Of a DNA stretch of 64,000 nt, positions 12,601-26,148 are shown piece by piece (positions within the stretch are counted from its first letter, which is position 1; each line of letters begins with the position of its first letter). This stretch comes from Catajapyx aquilonaris. Its lineage: Eukaryota. The stretch spans positions 1 through 64,000 of the forward strand of contig JYFJ02001142.1 of assembly GCA_000934665.2 (NCBI GenBank), given 5' to 3'. A program made the position numbers and the translations under genes. The notes under the pieces are model-generated. The model was not told the origin of the DNA, did not search any database, and saw nothing but the letters and a program-made list of their open reading frames with translations.

Positions 12601-15600
12601 CTGCAAAACGTCTTGTTGTTTCCAATCCAACGGTAGAAACAAAGGCCCTTTATACTCCTAAGAAAAACACTCAATTTCTTGCTTCATTGCGCAGTTCTGC
12701 TGATTACCCCGTATTATGTCACTAGTAAAAATGCGAACCGGCTGATCAACCTGACTGCAGGCCTGTGTAGATTGTTGCACTAATAAATGTGAAAGCAATG
12801 GCTCTAGGACATTTCATTTGGCTTACCGCAGAATGGGAGCTCTCCAGACCATTTCCCCTCAGCTGAACAGACTAGATTTGCAGTTCTGACGAAAGAACAA
12901 AAAAATAAATATTTGAAGCCACAACAATGGGCATGCCAAAGAATAAATGACAAGCAAAACTTACCCAAAGAGCTCGTAGCCCTCATCACAGGTGTAGGCT
13001 GCCACGGTACCTGGACTGTTGTCCTCTTTGGTCACCGACACCCGGCTGTTGGAAGGTACGGCCGGGTCCGGACATCTAGCAGATTGTAAGTCTGCAAATG
13101 TATACAATAAGTCGTACGTACAAATTACTACAAGACTCAAGTTTCATCATGCATCGTTATAAGCTAAAGGACACTTCCTGGAAATAACTTACAAGTACAG
13201 TATACATCAAGAAAGTGTAACGTGCATTCGTAAAAAGTGCAACGAAATGTTTTTCTTATATGCAATTCCTTTTTTTATTAGTAACCTGTACATTTTCCGG
13301 GTTGAGCAAAAATTGGCAGGTGTAAAAAGAAGTAAGCTCGCACGCTATGGGAAAAATAAGCAGAGAAAATTGTGCCCTATGGCCTATGATCCCCACATGA
13401 GTCACTGCATCCCAATTTGACGGCCACTATTTGACTCGTTAATCATTCGGTCGTGGTCGATGCGACCCAGCAACAAGTATTATTTTTCAGTCCTGCCCAA
13501 AAAGTATTGCCGGGTTGTAATGCGTGCGCCTAAATTATGGTCAAGGTTGTCTTTTTCGCAACTCTGTCCTTCGAAATGACGACATCAATGGGGCTCCAAT
13601 GTGAAAAACATGACTTTCGACACCGCCTCCCCCAGCAGATATTCCTTAAACGTCATCACACGCCGATCGAGAATCGCTATTTTACGTCCTTGCACGCAAA
13701 TTGTTCATGTACACTGAGTCTCGTTTCACACATAACACATTCCGAAATTCTCACCATATACGCTACAAAATTACTGGCACAGTCTGGGCATAAATATCGT
13801 CATCGCTTTCAAGTATTTGGCAATCTCACTGAAAGTTTTATGATCGTTGCTAAATATAACTTTACAGTGCAAGTTCGCGAAACTGTAACTGTTTCGTCAG
13901 CTTGTTTATATTTGCACAGCACGTTTTAATAAAACCAATATATCCGTTTGTTAAGTATACATAGCGCAGGTATGGACAAAATAGCAAGAAAGCGATGAAT
14001 ATGGACGGTTGAGCGATTCGATGGCCGCCAGATCTGCTCCACCACACATCACTTCCGATGCGATCAGATGTATCTCCCGGTTTCGTAACAAAACCAGCAA
14101 AAATTTTCGACCTCAGAGAAAACATGAATCGTCCAGCGAATTCTTCCACACTCGATGGAAACCACCCCCAACCATGTGTTTCAGTTACGGCACCTTTCGC
14201 CAACCATGACTCCGACCCACGTCACATGCTCATTAACTCCCTAACGCGCCTATTATTAATCCTGGCCCAAAGTGGCCTCTGGCCTGCTGCTGTCAGGGAT
14301 TCATAAAAAAAACACATCAAGACGCTGTGGGAAACTCATCCAGCGTCCCAAGGACTTTGGGTCGAGGCCTCGTTCAATAGCCTTTTTATTTTCTGGCTTC
14401 TTCTCATACCTGGTGCCTACCCCTCCTCCCATATCCTGATTATGTAAAGAGATAGGGATTCTCTCATGTGCAATGGAAACTAATGGACGATGCGCATGAC
14501 CTCATCCTAACTTGCTGCTCACCATTTCAATCATTCAGGCGGATGATGAAGTTTCATACCGGAAAGAGACATGTTCAGATTCCACATTACCTGATAGCAA
14601 TTATTATCAGTGCAACCCCCCCCCCCCAAAAAAAAAAAAAAAAACTGGGTTCGCTATACTTTTTTTTCCAGATAATAAATAGGGCTTATCAAGTGTAAAG
14701 AGGCGGTTACATATTTTTTTACACATGGCTGTTTAGAAGCCGCGAAGAGCTGTCGTAAAATCCAGGTTTGGAACATAATAATTGCTCCGGTGCCATAAAA
14801 GTTAAAGCCCGTGAACAGTTTCAGTCCTATTTAGGGCTTTGTTGCATGTTGTCGTGCCAATAATTCGCTGCGAACTGCGTGTGGCAGTTGGTACACATTG
14901 CGCAATTGCGGCGTACAATGTCTCATAATGAAGTGTGGGCTCCACTGAATCTTGCTTCCGTCTTGACCTAAAAGAAGTTATGTCGCATGCACCACATGTC
15001 ATTTGCATGCTGTCCAATTGATATGGATTGAATTAATGATTCCCCTTGGATGCACGCTTTGCAGTTAACAAAAGCGGCAAGAAATATTCATAAACGCCCA
15101 GGATACACGCCTTCGACCAAGGTTAGTCACTCCGGAAGAGACCCATCTTTCAATGAGAGACTGTGTTACTTATGAGTAAACAATTATTATCAAAGCGGAA
15201 AATGAAAGCTCATGTAGATGAAAAAAAAAGTTTGCTTTTACCTCACTTTCACCTGGACTCAAATCAACAATACCAAACATGCAGGAGATTCTCGCCTCTT
15301 ATTGGGCTTCTTCAGTTAGGTGATACATGCCTACCAGATGGTTCACGATATAATTATCATCCAGGTGAAAATTTTAATGGCTGACAATGGCGATTCAAGT
15401 ACGTGCAAAGTTGTTATTGACAGACCTTCTAGAATCTAGATAGTGCAATTGCATAGTCCTTGAAAAAGTAGAACTAGAATACTTTGAGAGCCATAATCGC
15501 ACCAGTACTTGACCTTTCCACAGGTGACGAACATTACCGCAACCAAAAGACGCAATGAACTTCTGTGCCCATTTAGACATGTCCAGTGCATTCAATGCTT

Positions 15601-18600
15601 ACGGTCCATAGCAACATAATGGATGGTTCACACCAACAAACCAATAGGAAAAAAATGAAGATGACCTGATAATAGCAATAGTCAAGAGGAAAAAACGCAT
15701 CCGTCTTATAGATGCTGGCCTTGAATGGCCTAAAACACCTCGCCTGTGCCTTAGGCCATTCGAGTGACTGACTAACTAATTCACTTCTGGCCCTTCTTGA
15801 GAAGCACGTGGGAAAACTCTTCGGAACAACCGGCTCGAAGGAGAAGGTCTGCCAGTTTCTCATTTTCACGTCCCAGCAACCCGCGACATTCCGGACAAAA
15901 TTGCATCAAGAAAGGACTCGGCTGAAGCATAACCAAAATCTCAAAATAACTACTGGTAATTTCTCCCATAGTTCCGCCTCAGACTCTACATACGTATACA
16001 TGCACCAAACACTCCAAGGCGTCCCGTTGCTAAATTCCGTTAAGTTAAACCAGTTGAAGCAACGGGATTCGGCCCATCGCCTCCTCCGAAAAGGAGGAGG
16101 GATAATTTCTTTAGCAGAAGAAAAAAATATATATAAGAGAAGAAGACGACGATGGAGAAGAAGTTGGCCCATTCTTTTCCGCACCCTTTTCACAGCTTTG
16201 TGTCTCGGGATTGCCAATGATGGGAAAACTGAAGCAGAGTTTCTTTTGCATATCCTGCTTTTCCACGCAAAGTTCCTCTTCTTGGTCGGCCAGGAAAGAA
16301 CAGGAACCGACCTCCTGGCACATTGCCCTTTCTATGGACATTTATATTTTTTTCTCTCTCGCTCTTTTTTTCCGCTTAAAGAAAAGCTTAACCCCTTTCA
16401 CTTAAGTGTGCCATCATTTTTGTCAACTGTCATTTTTTTTTCTAACTTTCGTTCCGCACGCACAGGAACATCCCCACTTTTATTTACGCTCCCGTATATT
16501 TTATGTCTCTCATTATACTTGTGCAATTGCATAAAATCTGAATCAATGCGTCAATAAGTCAAATTCAAACTCCAAACAGCTCGACACTATTGCAGCTTAT
16601 TAGTTTTTGCGTTACTCAATTTCCAAGATAAAATCGCAAATATCTCACTTGTTATCACACGCCCGCGATATCAACGAGCGCCAAACACACCCCACAATTA
16701 TCTTCAATATCAAAACTTCGCAACAGCCAAATGTTGTAATTGCAAGCAAAAAAAAAACACTTTTAATTCCACACAATACTATCACTCTCAAGACCTGACA
16801 GTTTTATGAATGTTGACGAGTCCTGAAAGCATTGTCTCCTTTATGAATTTTACACGCCGAAATAATCATCTCGTGACTACACTTAACGTGTTGTCAGCTT
16901 CTCCGTTACGTTAGACTGACCAGAGCAAGTCTAAAAATCCAAGAGAAAATACACGTGAACGTCCCAATAATTAACCGGAGCATATTCTCATTTACTACTG
17001 ACCGCTGCCAAATAGTTACAAATAAAAGGACCCCAATTATTTCGTGCACCAGCAGGCCGTGATCTACTTTCTAATCGAATCGCGTCAAAATTATTCCGCA
17101 CCTAATTATACTGCAGAAACATTATTGGGGCAAACGTAACAGGAAAAGGTCGAAGGAGGAAGGCGCAATGCGTTTTTCAGTCGCTTTCACCCTATGCGCA
17201 TGGTCTTTTCCTGCTGCAAGTAAGCACACAACAAACTCGATCGACGGCAAAATAAATCGACCGATGGAGACCAGTAAACACCGCTTTCTAAATGCCCTAA
17301 CCCATATTTTGTTTTCCGCGCAATTCCTCGGGCGATTTACTTTAAATGGACTCCGGCTATTCGCATTATCAGAGATGTTTACAGTGCAAGCGATCTTTGA
17401 TAGGAAATCGCGATTCTGAAGGACATCGCTCCAAAAATAGATTGACACAGTCAGCAAATTGCTCGCTTTTAATGCCACATTGCATGTAATTACATAGCCA
17501 TAATCAATGTATTTGTCTTAAAATTCAGAAGGCATCAATTCCCCCTTCACATACACATCCCCCCCTTTTATTCCCCAGCTTAAAACCAATGACAACCTTC
17601 TGGTGTACTACAATGTAACGACCTTGAGCATTGTTCGCTGCACCGATGGAAATCTCCACTTTCCCTCAACACTAGCCCGTGTATACGCCACGTGCTCTTA
17701 TCCTTCTTATTGCCTTGGAATACCACACTCGGCCAGTGCAAATGACTCACATGCTTCTGCATAACAACGGATCACATTCCCAGCATTGCAATTACCGTTA
17801 TTTGCTTCGCGGATGCATCCGATTCGAATCAATTCGGAGCACTGATTGGAAATGGGTGACCACTACTGACCGTGTCTTCTGCACCGCAAACATGCGGAAA
17901 TAATTGCGCCCGATTGCGCCATACCAAGTGCTCTTCACGCCTCTAGGCCCATATTACCTCACACTCTACTTGCCCACCAAATCCTAGATTCGCCCCATAA
18001 AGCTTCCTGACCATTATGACCAGGTCTGAAAATGAAAGCAGTGGTTGTGACATGTTGAGGTCACCCCAACCATAAAATATCGGCCCTGAATGTACACAGG
18101 GTCCGCGTGTTGCCTGCACGAATATTTAATTATTTCCCAAATAAAACAAGTGTGAGCGCCCTTGAAGGATATGCTCCAGGGATAAACCAACAAAAAATTA
18201 GCAAGCTCGATGATTGATAAATCAGGCTCGGGTCAAAAGTGAAAGGTGATGCGTCCACGGCTGACATGGCACTGTTGAGGACATCGGGTGGGACCATCTG
18301 ACCATGGCCGGCCACGATGTTGCTCCACTTCGGGTCACTCTCACTGGGCAGACCTCCCAAGGATTGTTTTTGGTAGGTCCCGTCGCCGGAAGTGGAAGAC
18401 ACTTTTTCCCAATCCTTTGGGGTCACGGACGACCTCACCCTCCATGCTTTTGTGAACAGAAATGGGCCACTTCCAAGATCCCATAGGAGAGGTGCCTACG
18501 CATTCTCAAGTCGCATGTGACATTGCCTCCCACCACTTTTTTTTTTTCCTCCTTATTTTCCAGGTTGGAATTCACACCCTGTGTGCACGCATTACGTGAT

Positions 18601-21600
18601 GGTCGTTTACGAGTAAATAACACGATTCGCACGTATTTCAGCGAGGAAAAAGGGTCGCATACTTGCGGCTTATGCACGATAGGGTTTGCCCAATTTGCTG
18701 AAGGAACCGGCTCTTCGACCTGGGTCATTCATAACAGGCAGGTTCATCCAATTTGCCTGGAGCTTGCAAGGTGAAAGGCAGTGTTTTCCATAACATTTGC
18801 AAGTTGCATATTTGCACTGCCCACATGTTGCTGCTTATGCAGGTTTGAATTCCCTTCAAAGGGCGGCTCGCAAAGCCTCTAACCTTGCGAAAGGTGCGAA
18901 TTGGCTTCGAGTGTAAAGTATTATTTCCGATGCAGGTACTTGCATTGTTAATGGCAGATCATATCTCCAGTTATTATACAGCGACACCATTTGCTAATTT
19001 CGCCATGGAAGCAGGCCATGTCACTTCACAGGCCTCCTATTAATTTCTTTTCTATACAATAATCAATAAGAAAATACACCCAACAATAAGGCTTAATGGT
19101 TTAGGAGCTGTCAAGTATTTTGGGAACGATAGAAATTTGCATAGAACGTTCTCAAGGTAACAACAAGTCTATAGGATAAAAACTGACGCCATGTGCTTGC
19201 ATACAGACAATTTTAACAATCAGTTTTGCATCAGTAGCTTTTTGCAGTAATCCAGTTTACGTCAGCAAATAATAAGTAACATGGAACACTACATTTTCCG
19301 TTAATTGTGGTAGTCCCTCCAGTAATGATACAGTAAGTGCAGCGACGGATAATACAAAAGAATGATACACTCGAGCTATAAATGCCTGGGAATTATCCAA
19401 CCAGAGATAAGTATCTCATCCTACAGTTGAGCTCTACACTCTTTTGTAACCTAATGGAATTCCGTACAAATCAGCTAACTAGCACAATACGACCTCATCG
19501 AAATCCCCGTGACGGGATAACTGCAAAGCCGTCGTACCATGCAACTGAATTCCCTCTGATTACGCCACCACGTGACATCAATTGAACACTCGTCTTATGA
19601 GTAGTAAAGCAAGACCGAGAGGGCGGGGCTACTATACACTACAATAATTACGAAATAACTAGCGTACTACATACAGGAAGCACACTTTCAAAATTTACGG
19701 AAAAAATGCGCAAATCAAAAACCTGCATGTGACAGGTTTTATTATAAGTAATCACTCTGCATGCCCGGGATCAATTACCGCATTAAATATACGCGTCCTG
19801 CGTGAATTTTACACCCGAATGGCAACAACCAGTATTTTTTTTTTTGTCTTCTCCTTCTTCATATTTACCTGCCAGTTTTGTCGAACAAAAGGCCCTTCAT
19901 GGAAGCAGGAATAGAAAATTGGGGTGAAACCAAAAGTTTGCCATCCGAGACCGATTGTTCGACTCCAGACAACCTTTGCAGCCCCGCCTCGAATTCAAAT
20001 CGCATCGATTTCTACATATTATGCTCACATCTCAATAATCTCTGTGCATGAAGCAGGGTGTGGTGGACTTGGCCGGGACATAAAAATCCATCTCTGGAAG
20101 AGCAGGGTTCCCTCAGGGGAAGTCATTATGCCCGCTCTGATAATCGCGCCCATTTCCTCAGCACACTATTCTCTTAAGAATAGTCCAGAATGAGTGTCGT
20201 GCGTCACACACTCCTCACACGACAATCATTTCTCATTTGGAAGTCCCCCCCCCCCCGTCGAGCATCCATATTTTATATGACTTTTTTTCGGATATGATTG
20301 CACATATTCTCAGTCCTGATAATCACGACATAATGCTGCAGAGAGGCAAAATGCACAGCAGAGAGGAGTTCTCCTTGAGCCAGTTTCCACCTGTCTCCTT
20401 TTCCTTCTTGCTTCCTGCCACTTGGATGAATCTATGGCCCAACAATACAGCATGCCGCCCAAAAGACTCTTAATTGCCATTGACATCAAGGCCTCTTCAT
20501 GCCTTAGCGACAAAGTGCGTTCTGGCAATTGATAATTGGCGGGTTTTGAAACTATTGACAGGGCATGGATAGCGTGATGCACAGATGCAATTTCTCGATA
20601 CACTTCACTGGCCGCAGCATAATTTAGGGCTGTTCTATTCGGGTTAATTGGCTTAATTTTTACGAAAGGGGTGTACGCCGGCTGACACGATCTGCCAGTG
20701 GCAGGGACAGAAAGGAAGCAACGTCTAAAACCAGTTGGCCAGTGGTCTGCCCACGTTGGTTGAGCCACCACAGCAAGACAAGCAAAAAGGTCAGGCGTGA
20801 AGGACCCAAGTAGTAAAATCCTAAAGTGGACTACAAGTTCTGCAAAATGGCAACTGCTCCTTTCCCTTTCACTAATGTGTATTGGCTCCAAATTCGCATT
20901 TTTCCGCCTCTCTTTTTGTTGTCTTTCTTGTTCGTTGCACAACTCAGCATTAAGGCAAATCCATCACGACCTTCCCTCTTTATCCTTGCTAAATTTTCTG
21001 CAAATTTCGTCAGTCTAGCTCCCGGGCATGGGGTGGAGCCACGTTACATTGGCGCAAAACGTGTCCTTTTGCAAATTGAGCCTTTCGGAGAACGCTTCCA
21101 GGATCCAGTTTCTTCCGTCAACACGAATCGTGCCCTTAATTACATATTGATGGGGGACTCCTCCACAAAGTCTTTTTGTTGCTGAGATCAAGGACTTGTT
21201 TGTGTCCCTGACCGTGGTGTAGGAGTGTGACGATGACGTCAGGTGCTGGATGTATGGCATGGTGACCGTTGGGGCGCCTTCCCTCATTGTGTACCGTTAC
21301 CATCTTCCTTTGCTTCCATAAGGTCTTCCTTGTCCCGTTATTCAAGCACACTCCGCTTGAATCAACACGAATGGCCATTTGTCGCGCATATTCGCATCAC
21401 AATGACATCTAGGCTAATGTTACAAGTTAATCAGTGGAAAACGACTCTATATTGTACGGACCGAAAATATTATTGATAAAAAAAATTCAAAACTTTCCCA
21501 TTACGGTGAAAGACCGGAGATTTGAACGCTCGATGGAAACAGTAGTATACTCTCGGCGTGGAAAAAAAAAAAAGCATAGGGAAAAACAACAATATGATAA

Positions 21601-22010
21601 GCAAAAATGGAGAGAGAGACTTCCGGCAAAGAGCAGCTGCTTCCTACGGCCCAGTTCCTTAGTGCGTAACCTCCCCGTGTGACCTAGTGAACCTGTACCT
21701 GGAGAAAATGATACCTCTCCTCTCGCATGCAAAAGAATCGCACATTTCGCGCCTTGAATCCAATGGCCATTCAAGGACATCCACCTCCGCCCACTTTTTT
21801 GGCGGGGTCAAGCATTATCTGGCCTCCCAATTCGCCCGATTTGGACATGTGTCCCTCCTCCAGTTATATTTCACTGCATGACAAATTCTTTCGCGATTTC
21901 ATGTGGTGCTGAAGACAAATGGTTCGCTCACCTGGCGGCAAGTTGAGGGCGCTGCTGCTGTGGAGTAGCCAAAGAAGCAAACAGCAGATGGGCAGCCGCC
22001 TCATCGTCAT
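6638..22010 (-). CDS. CG9095: CG9095/furrowed-family cell-adhesion protein: signal peptide, Sushi/CCP, FTP (fucolectin-like), C-type lectin, 10 Sushi/CCP, TM, cytoplasmic tail; 15 coding exons
   Basis: Exons on the minus strand are 22010-21932 (signal peptide MTMRRLPICCLLLWLLHSSSA), 13091-12965, 12885-12827, 12066-11857, 11791-11699, 11504-11382, 11308-10867, 10550-10168, 10102-9749, 9560-9387, 8956-8777, 8555-8310, 8141-7602, 7178-7031 (TM LGIWIGVGLGSVLVVILVMAVVCM) and 6950-6638. The FTP motifs TNIAQRKPSNQST...CSETQKEVAPWWQVDLL...EIRVGNSTVLQRNPLCAWYP...GSLSLCEVEV resemble CG9095 more than furrowed, from memory. The lectin motif is WGRDQPNNYNGEQNCVVLDGGRDWLWNDVGC. The tail is RKATPVKNTENVEG...MVTINGVAVQ. 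Confidence 0.88.
9032..9199. mobile_element. 168-bp fold-back palindrome (hairpin MITE-like) in a CG9095-like intron
   Basis: CTGCCTTCAGATGCAA...GCACTAATCCCC is followed, after a short loop, by its reverse complement GGGGATTAGTGC...TTGCATCTGAAGGCAG. The arms are about 80 bp with few mismatches. Confidence 0.75.
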
Positions 22011-23762
22011 CCTGTTTGCTTGGTGGGCGGCTATTGACAGTCAAATGCGGCTAGGAGAGGTCTAGGAGAAGGCAAATCCACGGGCTGCCTGACATCTCAC
22101 TGGCATCACAACACAAAGCTCGGCCTTCCTTCCTTCCTCTGGAGGCACTTGCACGCTCCTTCTTTGCCCACCGAGCACTGACTGTTGGCAGCAGCTGCCT
22201 TGCCAGTTGCCACCCTACCACCCCCACCTTTCTTCTCTCTCCCTGCTGTGGACACGGGCCATTCACCACAACCGGCCTCCTTCGCTCCCACCAGTCTCAG
22301 CCAACCGCGCTCCATGAAATGAGTCCAGTCGCCATGCTATTAGGACAACACGCCTGCTCTTATTATTATTACATTTACACTCTTCCCATTCATCTTAAAT
22401 GTGCTATGAAAGTTGGCTTCTATCCAGGCATGCCGTGAATCAAAATTAGCACAATTTTCGTAAAAGTTTCGCGCTTATTAGGTTTCACTGTATACCATAA
22501 AAATATGTTGGCAAGTAACATAGTAGAACAAATATAATAGTATCTTACAGCGAGATAGCAGCTTAATACTTTCATAACTGTTTAGTAATGTGCATGCAGC
22601 CAGTTGCAAAATTACAACAAAAGTGACAAAATATCTTCCATACTAGGACAATTCTGGGAGGTACTGTAGAGTTTGGCAATGGCAGCTCAACGCTCATGGA
22701 GTCATGGAGCAGGTTAGGAGCCAGATGAAGGCAGAGAAACACCCATCTACGCCTCAGTTTCTTCCACTAACCAAGTAAGCCAAAACAAACCAGAAACACA
22801 CGGTCTAGAAGAGTTTTTCAGTATTTACAATTTATAAAACCATGCTTTGTGCAGGTTTAATCCTATCCCTAGATCTAAGATCCTATCCATAACCGCATAA
22901 GCTATCCATAGCTTGTGTGCCAGACCCCCAAATTCTGGGCCCCTCATAATATTATACTGTCCCTTATTTTTGCCTCCACAATTTCCTCCCGATTTTAATC
23001 TATAGTTAATTTGTGGAACAAGAACTTCTTGGCTGCTCAACCTCTCTTTTTTCGCCTGAACTGCTGGGTAAAGGAGGATGCAAGAGGTCTTAGTATTCAG
23101 ACTCTTGCCCTCTGCTGGGGCCAGAATATTATGTTTACTTGCATTTTCCTCCCTCACTGTTGCATCGCCCTCCAGCTTGTTAAATTCGTTATGTAGTGCT
23201 TTGTTGATGAGGTCATTTTGGGCCAATCAAAGTTAGTCACATGATTAATTTTATACCAATTAACTTATATTCCTTATTTTAAAACTTGGGTGAGACTGAG
23301 AGCTTGAGCCCCAGACTCGAGGCAATTGATTGGGACTCATTTAGTGATGGAATGATTTAGCCTAAATTCTCTCTCCTGCGGCGGGATTAATTCTATCCTT
23401 GCGTGATGACCGTCTGGTGTCCCTGTCAGGATGTCCAGCCTATCACAAACGTTCCATGAGCATGAGTGACCCCCATGTTCTCCTCCACCTAGTATTGTAC
23501 CATGTATTGCATATTACTGTACTAGTAACCACGTCTCTCTATTATTTTTAGACTATCTAAAATTTTGGCCATCATCTTTTAATTGTTGTTTGGGGGTACT
23601 CCCCTAGTTGTTGTATACTTAGCCCAATAATAACGTGGATTATTCCTCTCTGAATTTGACTTGGTTACTACCACTTCACACCTGCATTCCACAACACTTT
23701 CAGATCTTTCCAGATAATCTGGAGGGGGCCTGACATGTGTTCAGTCCAAGTTTGAGTTCCTA

Positions 23763-23937
23763 CAGTTGAATCCGGATAAAACAGACATCAAGGAACCGAG
23801 AAAAAGACCGTTATAGCCAAATCGCCACTTTTTCAACAAATACTCAAAGGTTTCTGTTTGCCACATGCTTATAATGCACACTACTGCAATTAATGAAACT
23901 ATACACAAAAATGCGAAATTAACTCGCCCGTAAATTA
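23763..23937 (+). mobile_element. Partial pogo/Tigger-like MITE, same family as 36589-36900
   Basis: It starts TA|CAGTTGAATCCGGATA. It shares internal blocks (GCCAAATCGCCA, GCTTATAATGCACA, ATTAATGAAACT, CACAAAAATGC) with the element at 36589. No right TIR was found. Confidence 0.7.
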
Positions 23938-24572
23938 GACAGGACAAAAAAGAAAAAAATCTTATGCCATTTCCTTGTTGCCAAATGTACCATAAACGGT
24001 ATTATTTTAACATTTTCGGCAAGTGTTAGATAAGCGACACATGGGAAAATCACCCCCGCTCCAGAATGCAGTGCTTTCCTTGTGTGATAAAAGAAGCTGA
24101 ATAATATAATCAAAAGCAGCATATTTTCTTATCGAGGGGCCAAGAATTGGTCTGTTATAGACAAGGTGAGGTGAAAAATGAGCCTGCTATAACAGAAATT
24201 AAAATACACAGGGCCTTATGGAATAACTACGAATAACTATGACCTCTCAGCACCAGCACAAAAAGACATGCAACTTCCCAATAACCTGTAACTTACTATT
24301 TGCACAACCAGAGTACAAAATAATGAACTCTTTAATTCATTCATTCATTTATTTCCTCGCAGCATTATCCCACGAAGGGAAAGCCTGGTGAGCACAACTC
24401 CTTGCCATCTGACATGACCAATACATGTGAATCCTTTGCTGTCTGGTCAGGAACACGCAGAGGATATAATTATGAGAATAATGATGATGAGATCAATGAC
24501 ATAAACAAAACAAACAAACAAACACTATACTCCCAGTGTAAAGACACATAATTATACAAACATAAAATGACA

Positions 24573-24672
24573 TAGGGTGGAATTTTCGTCCCACTGATAG
24601 TTACTGCGAACTTAGGAGTTTTTTCCCACTGCTAAGTTACAGTAACTAGTAGTGGAACAAAAATTCCACCTA
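24573..24672. repeat. ~100-bp imperfect inverted repeat (small hairpin element)
   Basis: GGTGGAATTTTCGTCCCACT...TAGTTACTG...AACTTAG pairs with CTAAGTT...CAGTAACTA...AGTGGAACAAAAATTCCACC. Confidence 0.65.
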
Positions 24673-26148
24673 ATTTAAACAACTAGCAGGCCACCTTCTC
24701 CTCACATCCTCCCAGGCTTCACCAAAAAGCCGATTCCTCTTCACTGGCACCCACACCAGGGCGAATGCTTGCCACGGAATTGAACACATGGGCAGTGTTG
24801 TTGACTCGCATCATCCAGGCAACACCATCTCACGTAGAGGTGCTGATGACAACCATCGTTCAGGCATTGGAATTTCACTAGGATGGTATGATGGAAGGCA
24901 CCTCCTTACATTCACCCAAACCCGAACTCATTGCATAACAATTATATAAGCACCAAAACAGCGAATGCCAATTTCAGTATTTCATTTTTTACAGAGACGA
25001 AGTATGCCAGAACCAGCCTTTCAAGTTGGCTATAACCAAGGATTGCTTACAGCCAAAGCTCTTATATCCAAAGGTAACTTAAGTTTGCACATATTCTTTC
25101 CCCCCACGGACAAAAGTCTGTCTACCACATCTGAGCTTCAAGTTGGCCAATTCTGGGCATTTGATCTTTTCTCATCGACAGGTTAAAAATAATAATTAGA
25201 GAATGATGCAATTGTGATGAAACAGGTAGAACATAAATAGTGGGACCCTGCAGTGATGGGCGCTATTCCATTTGAAATGGAATTAAGTCATGAATAACAT
25301 TCAGGGTGACCATTAAGTCACACGTCATAGTAGAAAACAATTATAGGTGCCTAACTTGTATTTACTTAATCTTGTTAAATTAAGTCTCTAAAGCCTAAAC
25401 TACTCGATGTATCATGATAACCTTTTAATGTTGTACACTTCACAATAAGCTGGATCACCTGCAATGATGCAACTACAATGTTAAACAGTTAACAAGATCC
25501 ATGCAGTAGTTCAGAATGTTTCTACAGCTTTACAGACTTAATTCATCCAGATTTTAAGTAACTTTTCTCAGAGGCATATAATCACACATTAGATAAGTAC
25601 CACGGATGAAGTTTATTTTGGTGATAACTTTATGGACCTGGTGTTATTTTATCATTTTCCAAAAGTCAGTAGTATTAGATGTATCAAGTAACTTCTGAAC
25701 GTTGCCAGAAAAATTAAGTCATTTTTTTTTTTGTCAGGATTATTTAAAATCCTCAAATTCTCAACATCCTGCTTATGATCATTTGGCTTACTTTCTCTTC
25801 AGGTTTTAAATTGATTTTTATCCCCTTCTTGAAATCCTTCCCCATCATACCATTCTGCATGACATTTCTACAGTGAGGGATCGAAGCACACCATAGACTA
25901 ATTAGTCCAGTCTCTTAAGAATATGTGCCACAGTATTGATTGTTCAGTAGTTTCCAGGCCCATTGCGTTTATAATTATGGCCTATGTTATTAGCCTTTTA
26001 CCTCAGTCTACCCAAAAAGGTCCAAGCACCTACTTTTCTTGCAGGTATAGCCACCAGACTGGAATTTCCTAAAATATAATTACAACTAATCTTGCAGGCA
26101 TACTGTTTTAGGTGCAAAAATGCAGTATACTTCTAAATTTCTGAAATA

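Noticed and set aside
15808..16557. 249-aa + strand ORF inside intron 1 of the CG9095-like gene
   Set aside because: It has a non-ATG start, composition driven by A/T runs, and no recognisable domain or splice structure.
24336..24470. (TGAA)n-tailed segment on the minus strand resembling a LINE or SINE 3' end
   Set aside because: There are only about three repeat units, and I found no TSD or recognisable RT coding remnant.
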